Positions 1 through 7,467 of a DNA stretch of 50,242 bases are shown here, piece after piece. Source of the DNA: Candidatus Bathyarchaeota archaeon (GTDB taxonomy: Archaea; Thermoproteota; Bathyarchaeia; TCS64); assembly GCA_043826455.1 (NCBI GenBank), contig JBDRQD010000028.1, positions 1 through 50,242 of the forward strand, given 5' to 3'. The position numbers and the translations under genes were made by a program. The number at the start of each line of letters is the position of its first letter. Within the stretch, counting starts at the first letter, position 1. A model generated the notes under the pieces. The model did not search any database. It was not told where the DNA came from and worked only from the letters and a program-made list of their open reading frames with translations.

Positions 1-71
1 AGAAATATTTTTTATCTCTCATTATGTAAAATGCAAAATATTTTTAATTTATTAACATTTATTCCTTTATC

Positions 72-1112
72 ATGATAAAAGAAAGTGGCGAAGTTTATCT
101 TTTATTTCCAGATGGAGATTTTCTTTTAACATACGTAAACAGTAGCAGCAGTTATCCTCATTATCTTGATCTTATGCCTGATTGGATTTTTTGGATAGCA
201 GCATTCAAGTGTAAAAAATGTAACTCAACAAGTCTTTATTCAGGAGAAGCGGAGGCTTTTGATTCACAGGAAAGGCAAATGGGAAATGAGACATTTTATG
301 GATCAACAGAATATTTTAATTGTCCCAACTGTAATGAAGAAGTATCTATTACAACTACATTTACTTATTATGCTTTTGCATGGATAACAGAAGTTGAAAG
401 TAGAGAAGTAGAACTCGTTGATATATATAACTTATCTACGTATTTAGAAGAATGGTGTAAAAATAAAATTGAATTAAAAAATAAAGAAACTCAACTTGTG
501 TGGGATTCTGAATTAATAGGTAAACTTAGAAATTCTTTAGATAAAAGACATGGATTTTTAATTATTGTAGAAGGTGATGATGATTTAGAAGTAATTCGTC
601 AATTTTTTATAAATGGAGGTATTGATATGAATAGAATATCGATTGTCAAATATGGTAAAGGGGGATGTGAAGAAGCAATAAAATTTTTAAAACCTTTTAA
701 GAGTAGAATTCTTAAAGAGGTACCTCATTTATTGATACTGGATTCTGATAACAAAAAAGAAGAATATGAAAAAAAATTAAAATCAGAGGGTTTTCAAAAA
801 GAAGAATATTATATCTTAGATCAAAAAGAAATTGAATCATATTTAATTGATATAAAAGCCATATCAACTATCCTTAGTGTACCTGAAAAGATTATCTCAC
901 GAGATTTAAAAATTAAAAAAACAATGGGGAAAGAAGAACTAGATTATATTTTTGAAAAACATTATGGAACTAAACCCAATTCACAAACAAAAGGTTTAAT
1001 AGCAAAAAATATGGATGTGCCAGTTGAATTTGTCAATATTATAGAAATTATATTTAACTCATTGGAACAATATAGATATTTAATAGAGGGTGAAGAAAAT
1101 TACGAAAGATAA
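72..1112 (+). CDS. Zinc-ribbon + OLD/DUF4435-like TOPRIM domain protein (possible defence nuclease)
   Basis: CxxC...CxxC (CKKC, CPNC) in N-half; TOPRIM motifs IIVEGDDD, ILDSD, EIESYL in C-half; no ATPase motif; very AT-rich. Confidence 0.65.
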   Translation: MIKESGEVYLLFPDGDFLLTYVNSSSSYPHYLDLMPDWIFWIAAFKCKKCNSTSLYSGEAEAFDSQERQMGNETFYGSTEYFNCPNCNEEVSITTTFTYYAFAWITEVESREVELVDIYNLSTYLEEWCKNKIELKNKETQLVWDSELIGKLRNSLDKRHGFLIIVEGDDDLEVIRQFFINGGIDMNRISIVKYGKGGCEEAIKFLKPFKSRILKEVPHLLILDSDNKKEEYEKKLKSEGFQKEEYYILDQKEIESYLIDIKAISTILSVPEKIISRDLKIKKTMGKEELDYIFEKHYGTKPNSQTKGLIAKNMDVPVEFVNIIEIIFNSLEQYRYLIEGEENYER

Positions 1113-1208
1113 GAGTTAATAAAATAGTATATTTAAGTGATAACCATTGTTAGAAGGCAAGAGAGAGCGTTCGCTTGGTAAATTTACTTTGAAAATATAT
1201 TCGTTAAA

Positions 1209-1652
1209 TTACTTCTTATGTACACGTTTTGAAATTTTAATCCAACGGTCTGAATACTGAATTTCTTCTAGCAAGTTTCTATCAAATTCAGACAACTCAT
1301 TTTCTTTGAATATTTTATTTAGTTCTTTTTGATAGTTAATTACTTCGATAAATTTTGAATCCTTATCAATTTTGATCTCAATTGGCTCACCACTATGAAC
1401 ATAAATAATTATTTTCCTATCGCTGTCTCTTATTGATAATATTTGGATAAATAATCCTAAAATTGTAGCAACTGCAGCTCCACTTGTTAACACTGTAACT
1501 AAATCAAAAGCAGCTCCACTTGCTTTTCTACTATCAAGCGTATATACATCTCCATTAATAATAGAAGAAATGTCTTGAGCTATCTCATACATTTCTGATA
1601 AAGAAGCATCGGCAATTACCATTTTTAAAAGAAGGGGATACATTTCTATCAC
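1209..1652 (-). CDS. Hypothetical membrane-associated protein, EACC1-like
   Basis: 147-aa ORF; hydrophobic segment GAAFDLVTVLTSGAAVATILGLF followed by a beta-hairpin-like KIIIYVHSGEPIEIKI, resembling effector-associated constant component 1. Confidence 0.4.
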   Translation of the reverse strand: MIEMYPLLLKMVIADASLSEMYEIAQDISSIINGDVYTLDSRKASGAAFDLVTVLTSGAAVATILGLFIQILSIRDSDRKIIIYVHSGEPIEIKIDKDSKFIEVINYQKELNKIFKENELSEFDRNLLEEIQYSDRWIKISKRVHKK

Positions 1653-1679
1653 ATAGAAAATTAACTCGCTTCTTATTCA

Positions 1680-1740
1680 TTTTTATTCACGCATGCTTTT
1701 TTACTAGTAAATCGGTGCTCGAGTCCCTCCTCCCGCGCAC
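1680..1740 (+). mobile_element. att-like site 1: element end plus degenerate tRNA(Leu-like) 3' fragment
   Basis: CTTTTTTACTAGTAAATCGGTG (1696-1717) identical to 7377-7398; followed by CTCGAGT-CCCTC-CTCCCGC = T-loop, 3' T-stem, 3' acceptor strand; sits at a sharp AT-to-GC shift. Confidence 0.7.
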
Positions 1741-1917
1741 GCGGCCAGGGCACAGAGAAATATTTCACATTTTTTGGGGGTTGTTTGCTGTAGCATTAGC
1801 AATACAAGGATCAGCGCCCGCTGGACTTTTAGGATCCTTTTTCTGGGGTTTACCGTCCCACTTTTTATTAGATTATATGCTTTAGATGTGCACGCGCAAC
1901 GGGTGTGTACATAAGTA

Positions 1918-1925
1918 TTTTTATA
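1918..1925 (+). promoter_or_regulatory. TATA box candidate for the UvrA-like gene
   Basis: TTTTTATA about 40 bp upstream of ATG 1967. Confidence 0.4.
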
Positions 1926-1966
1926 GACTTGAGTGCACCTCAAAGACTCATTCTGAGGCATGTTGG

Positions 1967-4213
1967 ATGGACTCAGTTGAGGTAATAGGCGCCAGGGAGC
2001 ACAACCTACAGAACATCTCAATCAGTATACCAAAGAAGAAACTCGTAGTATTCACAGGAGTATCTGGTTCTGGTAAGAGCAGCCTCGTCTTCGACACCGT
2101 CTACCAGGAAGCTCAGCGCCAGCTCATAGAGACTTTCAGCACCTTCGCTCGCCGGAGGCTCCCAAAGATAAACAGACCTGACGTCGATGAGCTCAGAAAC
2201 ATCTCTACAACTATTACCATAGACCAGAGAAAGCTCGGCTCCACGCCTCGCTCCACTGTCGGCACAGTGACGGAGGTCTACACTTACCTTCGCCTACTCT
2301 ACAGCCGCCTCGGCGAGCCCACAACAAACGACAGCCGTCTTTTTGGCTTCAACAATCCCTACGGCATGTGCCCTGAATGTAAGGGGCTTGGAAACGAACT
2401 CGTGTTCGATGTGGACGCCCTAATCGACTGGGATAAATCAATAAACGAGGGAGGGATAAGGCACCGACACTTCCAGCCAGGGATGGCCAGCTACCGCGTC
2501 ATCGTTGCCAGCAACTACTTCGACCTAGACAAGAAGCTCCGCGACTACACTAGAGAGGAGCTCCACAGGCTCCTATACACCAAGAAGAGCCTCGTAGAGA
2601 AGCCTATGCCAGGGCAGGTCTACAGGGTCTGGTACGAAGGAGTCGTCGAGACCCTGCAACGCCGCACCATGGGGAGAGACGGCGAAGAGGGCGACACCCT
2701 AGCATCCCACGGGATGCAGTTCTACAAGAGTCAACCCTGTAAGGCTTGTAATGGGAGCCGTCTAAACGAGTTTGCACGAAGTGTGAGGCTTCATGGGAGA
2801 ACATTACCGGAGCTGGTAGAGATGGAGCTTAACGTTCTTCTTGCCTGGTTGAGGGAGATAAAAGGTCCCGTCGCGGACCCCATAGTCGGTAGGATTCGCC
2901 CCATACTGCAGAACCTCGTCGACATTGGCGTCGGCTACTTAAACCTTAACAGAGGAACGGGGACTCTGAGCGGTGGAGAGAGCCAGAGGGTCAAGATGGC
3001 AAGCCAACTCGGCTGTGACCTCGTCGACCTCATCTACATCTTCGACGAGCCGACAGTGGGTCTCCACCAGAAAGATATAGGGAAGCTAATTGACATGCTT
3101 CAGCGCCTCAAGGATAAGGGGAATAGTCTCCTCGTCGTAGAACATGACCCGCAGGTCATGAAGGCATCCGACTGGATCATAGATATGGGACCCGGAGCAG
3201 GTGAAGCCGGCGGGGGCATCGTTTTCATGGGTACATATCCTGAGCTTATTGAATCAGGTTCCATCACAGGGATAATGTTGAGACGCGGTACATCATATAG
3301 GGCTGAGAGAAGGAAGCCCCTGGGCTGGCTGACTATTAATGACGCCCGAGAACACAACCTTAAAGGGATAAATGTGAAAATACCCACAGGAGTTTTCTGC
3401 TGTATTACTGGGGTCGCTGGCTCGGGTAAGAGCACCCTGATCCTAGACGTCTTCGCGAAGACTCACCAGGAAGCTATAGTGATAGACCAGTCAGCTGTCG
3501 GGCGAAGCACTAGGAGCAACCCCGCCACATACACGAAGGTATTCGACCTTATAAGAAAGGAGTTCGCCAAAGCGACTGGCAGAGATGCATCTCTTTTTAG
3601 CTTTAACGGCGCTGGAGCATGCCCTAAATGTAAGGGGAGCGGGCGACTCCATATCGAGATGTTCTTCCTTGAGGACGTCACCATGGTCTGCGACGAGTGT
3701 GAGGGTAGAAGATATAGACCTGAGGTCCTCAGCCTCCTCTATAGGGGTAAAAACATTGCAGACATCCTAGACTTGACAGCGAAGGAGGCGGCGGGATTCT
3801 TTGATAACAGGGAGATCAAACACCGCTTAGAAGTACTCGATGAGGTCGGACTTGGATACCTCAGGCTCGGGCAGGAAGTATCCAGCCTGAGTGGAGGGGA
3901 AGCGCAGCGACTTAAACTAGCACGCGAACTTCACAAGCGAGGCAACATCTACATCTTGGACGAGCCGACAACAGGCCTCCACATGGCGGACATAGAGAAG
4001 CTGCTAAACGTCGTCAACCGACTAGTCAACGCGGGGAACACTATGATTGTGATCGAACACAACCTTGACGTGATAAGGAACGCTGATTGGGTGATAGACA
4101 TGGGACCCAAGGGGGGCTCAAAGGGAGGCGAAATTATCGCCGAGGGTACGCCAGAGGAGTTGACGCATACAGCGAGAAGCTATACAGGGAGGTACCTCAG
4201 TAGTGTGCTTTAA
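1967..4213 (+). CDS. uvrA: UvrA-family ABC ATPase, short class II (UvrA2/DrrC-like)
   Basis: GAREHNL start, two Walker A motifs (GVSGSGKSS, GVAGSGKST), LSGGE signatures, Zn fingers; 748 aa from ATG 1967, shorter than canonical UvrA; no uvrB/C nearby. Confidence 0.85.
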   Translation: MDSVEVIGAREHNLQNISISIPKKKLVVFTGVSGSGKSSLVFDTVYQEAQRQLIETFSTFARRRLPKINRPDVDELRNISTTITIDQRKLGSTPRSTVGTVTEVYTYLRLLYSRLGEPTTNDSRLFGFNNPYGMCPECKGLGNELVFDVDALIDWDKSINEGGIRHRHFQPGMASYRVIVASNYFDLDKKLRDYTREELHRLLYTKKSLVEKPMPGQVYRVWYEGVVETLQRRTMGRDGEEGDTLASHGMQFYKSQPCKACNGSRLNEFARSVRLHGRTLPELVEMELNVLLAWLREIKGPVADPIVGRIRPILQNLVDIGVGYLNLNRGTGTLSGGESQRVKMASQLGCDLVDLIYIFDEPTVGLHQKDIGKLIDMLQRLKDKGNSLLVVEHDPQVMKASDWIIDMGPGAGEAGGGIVFMGTYPELIESGSITGIMLRRGTSYRAERRKPLGWLTINDAREHNLKGINVKIPTGVFCCITGVAGSGKSTLILDVFAKTHQEAIVIDQSAVGRSTRSNPATYTKVFDLIRKEFAKATGRDASLFSFNGAGACPKCKGSGRLHIEMFFLEDVTMVCDECEGRRYRPEVLSLLYRGKNIADILDLTAKEAAGFFDNREIKHRLEVLDEVGLGYLRLGQEVSSLSGGEAQRLKLARELHKRGNIYILDEPTTGLHMADIEKLLNVVNRLVNAGNTMIVIEHNLDVIRNADWVIDMGPKGGSKGGEIIAEGTPEELTHTARSYTGRYLSSVL

Positions 4214-4338
4214 GTCCCGTTATATCAACGCGCGCGTACAACCACTTTCAAAACGATCTAAAATAAGTCCCGTAAAAGGTAAAATATGCCACCTTAAATA
4301 TGTGTAACCTTCTCTCCCCACTCCTATACTAGCACCAT

Positions 4339-4369
4339 AATCGATGATTTTATCATCACTTCACCCTAA
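4339..4369 (+). repeat. Cassette-boundary repeat copy 1
   Basis: AATCGATGATTTTATCATCACTTCACCCTAA; contains dyad GATGAT-TTT-ATCATC. Confidence 0.85.
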
Positions 4370-4388
4370 GTGTATTTAGTGGTGTTAC

Positions 4389-5246
4389 TTGAAATTAGGA
4401 GTTCATGGAGTAACATTGAGTCTACCTTTCGGTAAAGGGTCCACTCCTGAGATAGTCGCTGAGATTGTTCTCAAATCAGGAATCAGATGCCTCACAATAC
4501 CCATAAAGTCACCAACATGGAAAATAGACCCAGAGACTACCACAGGCTACGAAATCACCAAAATAAAAAAAGCTGTACCTAAGAGCCTAGAAATAACCGG
4601 GATAGGATACTGCTGGCCAAACGAATACAATATGATAACGGCCTCACCAACTGAGTGGAATAGAAACCTCAACTACGCAAACAAACTACGGGAAATAGCA
4701 TCAGAGTTCGATGCTCAACACATTGTGATAGGTGCGCCTGGTAGAAGCGTTCCAGCTGGGGTTCCTTATTATGATGGGGTAAAGAGGCTGGTAAAGTTCT
4801 GGAAAGAGGCGTGTGCCATGCCTGAGGGTGAGGATGTGATGTTCTGTATTGAGCACTCGAATGTCGCTAGAGCTAATGTTGGGAACGCAACCAAGTCGTT
4901 AATTGATCTAGTGGATGCGGTTGATTCACCTTCATTCAGGATGATTGCGCAGATAGGGGATATGGCGGTTAATGATCTTGATGTCGTGGATGCTATTAGG
5001 GATGCGGGTGATAGGATTAAGCAGGTTCATATTGCTGATGTTTCTGCTTTGAATCCTCTAGATGAGGGTTGGTCTTCTTTATTGTTGCCTGGTAGAGGTG
5101 TTTTAGGGCTTGTTGAGATATTTGGGGCTCTCAAGGACGTTGGCTATGATGGGGAAATATGTGTTGAGGCATTACTTGGAGATGACCCCTTATCAGCATT
5201 AACAGATTATAGAAAAAACGTACAAAAACTATGGAAAAAAGCATAG
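4389..5246 (+). CDS. Sugar-phosphate isomerase/epimerase family TIM-barrel protein
   Basis: FCIEH, QVHIAD, LLPGRG, GYDGEICVE motifs; TTG start. Confidence 0.8.
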   Translation: MKLGVHGVTLSLPFGKGSTPEIVAEIVLKSGIRCLTIPIKSPTWKIDPETTTGYEITKIKKAVPKSLEITGIGYCWPNEYNMITASPTEWNRNLNYANKLREIASEFDAQHIVIGAPGRSVPAGVPYYDGVKRLVKFWKEACAMPEGEDVMFCIEHSNVARANVGNATKSLIDLVDAVDSPSFRMIAQIGDMAVNDLDVVDAIRDAGDRIKQVHIADVSALNPLDEGWSSLLLPGRGVLGLVEIFGALKDVGYDGEICVEALLGDDPLSALTDYRKNVQKLWKKA

Positions 5247-5252
5247 CAACCC

Positions 5253-5276
5253 AATCGATGATTTTATCCTCACTTC
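5253..5276 (+). repeat. Cassette-boundary repeat copy 2
   Basis: AATCGATGATTTTATCCTCACTTC, starts 7 nt after the stop of 4389-5246, between convergent genes. Confidence 0.85.
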
Positions 5277-5294
5277 TGTGTGAGCTGGGGTGCC

Positions 5295-5519
5295 TTATTT
5301 TGGGTTACATTCACGGCAAGGTTGCCAATACTCAGTGTTCTTGTGTTCTGACTGAAAAAACTCATAGGCGCTCTGGAAGGACTCATATTTGAACCAGCCG
5401 CCACTTCTTTTCATCTGGTTAATTCCTTTCTCTTCGCTTTCTACTGGTTTACAGAATCGACAAGAATCATGATGAAGTTTCCAGGCGCCATTTGTCTTAT
5501 CAACGTTTAACCAGAACAC
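5295..5519 (-). CDS. Small Cys/His-rich putative metal-binding protein
   Basis: 74 aa, HHDSCRFC...WQPCREC; own TATA-like TTTTAAGTA on minus strand at 5541-5549. Confidence 0.7.
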   Translation of the reverse strand: MFWLNVDKTNGAWKLHHDSCRFCKPVESEEKGINQMKRSGGWFKYESFQSAYEFFQSEHKNTEYWQPCRECNPK

Positions 5520-5592
5520 GGTATTGACATGGATTTTATCTACTTAAAACATCGTAAAAACACGTTATTACCAATCAGAGCCAGCAACCAAG

Positions 5593-5623
5593 TATCAAAC
5601 ATTTTATCCTCACTTCACCCTAA
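5593..5623 (+). repeat. Cassette-boundary repeat copy 3
   Basis: TATCAAACATTTTATCCTCACTTCACCCTAA; right 23 bp match copy 1 with one mismatch. Confidence 0.8.
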
Positions 5624-5631
5624 TTCTACCC

Positions 5632-6159
5632 ATGATTGAGCTATCAACAATACGAGATATTGTAGCCATCTTCGGAGTAATCGCTGGTTTCAGCTACTAT
5701 GTAATGACAGTCAGAGCTAACCAACGAAACACACGAATCACTCTGACAAACAGTATCATGCAGACAATGCTGAGCGAGGAAGCCCAGAGACGCTGGATAG
5801 AACTTATGAACATGGAGTGGAGTGACTACGATGACTTCGAGAGGAAGTATGGGTCAGATGTCAACCCAGAGAACTACGCTAAGCGTGCAACTGTTTGGAA
5901 CAGCTATAACATGCTGGGGAACCTCCTGATGAAGAATATTGCTGATGCTGAGACTTTCTATAGCGCTGGCGGTACCTGGGCGATATTTATTTGGGAGAAG
6001 TTTAAAACCGTTTTAATGGAGCATAGAAGTCGGTATGGATCGGCTGACACGTATAAGGGGTTAGAGTATCTGGCTACGGAGATGTTTATGATAAGAAAAC
6101 AGCGCGATCCTTCTTATCAGATTCCCAAAACATTCACAAAGTACATTACAGAAAAGTAG
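5632..6159 (+). CDS. DUF4760-like single-TM protein, paralogue 1
   Basis: N-terminal TM helix ending YY; MEWSDYDDFERKYGSDVNPENYA motif shared with next ORF. Confidence 0.6.
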   Translation: MIELSTIRDIVAIFGVIAGFSYYVMTVRANQRNTRITLTNSIMQTMLSEEAQRRWIELMNMEWSDYDDFERKYGSDVNPENYAKRATVWNSYNMLGNLLMKNIADAETFYSAGGTWAIFIWEKFKTVLMEHRSRYGSADTYKGLEYLATEMFMIRKQRDPSYQIPKTFTKYITEK

Positions 6160-6162
6160 ACT

Positions 6163-6193
6163 CCTCGATAACATTATCTTCTCTTTTTGGTAA
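6163..6193 (+). repeat. Cassette-boundary repeat copy 4 (degenerate)
   Basis: CCTCGATAACATTATCTTCTCTTTTTGGTAA; starts 4 nt after the stop of 5632-6159; aligns gaplessly to TCGATGATTTTATCCTCACTT. Confidence 0.5.
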
Positions 6194-6213
6194 TCCTTAA
6201 TCAGTGATTGTTG

Positions 6214-6789
6214 ATGGTTGAGTTAGCTACTCTTCAGGCGGCGAGCTACATCATGGGCAGCCTCGGCGTCTTCGTGGCTGCAGTCTACTACATTCTGAAC
6301 ATACAGAACAATAAGAAGAACCAAGAAATGCAATTGGAAACCAGGCAGTTTCAATTATTAATGCAGATGTCCGAGGTACCAAATTCTTACGAGGGAAATT
6401 TACAATGGACAGAATTTTTAAACATGGAATGGAGCGACTATGATGACTTCGAGAAGAAATATGGATCAGACAACAACCCAGAAAACTATGCATTAAGAAC
6501 CACCATGCTTGGCTGGTTTAACAAAATGGGGCTTCTAATCAAATACGAGAAGATAGACCCTGAACTTGTCTACGACTTTAATGGGCCAATGGCTATCTGG
6601 GCTTGGAACAAGTTTAAGGACATTACCTTAAAGCAGCGTGAACTATATAATCCAACAAGCCAATTGTCGTTTGAGTATTTATTTAATGAGATGAAGCGAA
6701 TACACGAAAACAGAGGATACTCCGCAGAATCCTCTATGACCCCACTAAAATATACTCCTGAGTTAAGGGAAAGAGCAATATCATCATAA
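6214..6789 (+). CDS. DUF4760-like single-TM protein, paralogue 2
   Basis: N-terminal TM helix ending YY; MEWSDYDDFEKKYGSDNNPENYA; ATG 6214 preferred over TTG 6208. Confidence 0.6.
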   Translation: MVELATLQAASYIMGSLGVFVAAVYYILNIQNNKKNQEMQLETRQFQLLMQMSEVPNSYEGNLQWTEFLNMEWSDYDDFEKKYGSDNNPENYALRTTMLGWFNKMGLLIKYEKIDPELVYDFNGPMAIWAWNKFKDITLKQRELYNPTSQLSFEYLFNEMKRIHENRGYSAESSMTPLKYTPELRERAISS

Positions 6790-6892
6790 TTCACTTGGTC
6801 GCTCCATTTTTCAATGTAATAAATTTCCTCTTTTTTACATTGGTGTATTAGGGAACTCATCGCCCTCATTTAAGGCTCACATCTGACTGTCT

Positions 6893-6923
6893 AATCGATG
6901 ATTTTATCATCACTTCACCATAA
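6893..6923 (+). repeat. Cassette-boundary repeat copy 5
   Basis: AATCGATGATTTTATCATCACTTCACCATAA, 30/31 identical to copy 1. Confidence 0.85.
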
Positions 6924-6953
6924 TACTAAATATTTCATCGCTAAATTAGATGT

Positions 6954-7349
6954 ATGTTCAAGGAAATAGAGCACGTTGAAATAATAACCCCTAACCTAGA
7001 AGAGTCAATAAAATTCTACACCGAAATTATTGGGTTTAAAATAATAAATAGGAAAAAAATAGGTACACATGGGATTTCTGAGTTAGCTCATCTTTCTCTT
7101 AATGAGAGCAGGTTAGAGTTAATTGAAATGAGAGAAGCTGCTCCTGTTTTGGAGCATCCTCATATTGGTTATAGGATGATGGCTCTAATTGTAGATGATA
7201 TGGATGATGCGATAAAACTTCTCAAGGCTAATAATGTGAAGATTACGAGGGAGCCTAGAAGTATGAATGAGTCTGATCGTGGAGGTTTTAGAGGAGAGTT
7301 CCAGGATAATAATGGAGTTACCATAGAAATCAGACAACTAGCAAAATAG
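6954..7349 (+). CDS. VOC/glyoxalase family protein
   Basis: IEHVEI...SIKFYTEIIGF, LELIE, FQDNNGVTIEI. Confidence 0.85.
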   Translation: MFKEIEHVEIITPNLEESIKFYTEIIGFKIINRKKIGTHGISELAHLSLNESRLELIEMREAAPVLEHPHIGYRMMALIVDDMDDAIKLLKANNVKITREPRSMNESDRGGFRGEFQDNNGVTIEIRQLAK

Positions 7350-7352
7350 CCC

Positions 7353-7420
7353 ATCCAATAATTTTATCCACAATTCCTTTTTTACTAGTAAATCGGTGTT
7401 CGATCCCCACCCCCCGCACC
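7353..7420 (+). mobile_element. Degenerate boundary repeat copy 6 fused to att-like site 2 with tRNA-Leu-like 3' fragment
   Basis: ATCCAATAATTTTATCCACAATTC, then CTTTTTTACTAGTAAATCGGTG, then TTCGATC-CCCAC-CCCCCGC-A-CC (T-loop, T-stem, acceptor strand, discriminator); GC content rises to the right. Confidence 0.75.
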
Positions 7421-7467
7421 TACGCCGGACTCTGCTATTTGCGTTTTAGGAGTATGTGTACGCAGCC

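Noticed and set aside
66..79. Perfect palindrome TTTATCATGATAAA over the first start codon
   Set aside because: Single occurrence in very AT-rich DNA; cannot be distinguished from chance
5533..5545. ATTTTATCTACTT as an extra repeat copy
   Set aside because: Needs a gap to align and overlaps the promoter of the minus-strand gene; too short to call
4339..6923. Canonical attC or dif/XerA site interpretation
   Set aside because: No RYYYAAC/GTTRRRY hairpin; the right part TTATCCTCACT loosely resembles a dif arm but there is no conserved 11-6-11 inverted left arm
4339..7376. CRISPR array interpretation of the ~30-bp repeats
   Set aside because: Intervals are 340-914 bp and contain whole genes; no cas genes in the window
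7398..7420. Intact tRNA gene
   Set aside because: Only T-loop, 3' T-stem and acceptor 3' strand are present; no D or anticodon arm or 5' acceptor strand upstream (same for 1717-1740)
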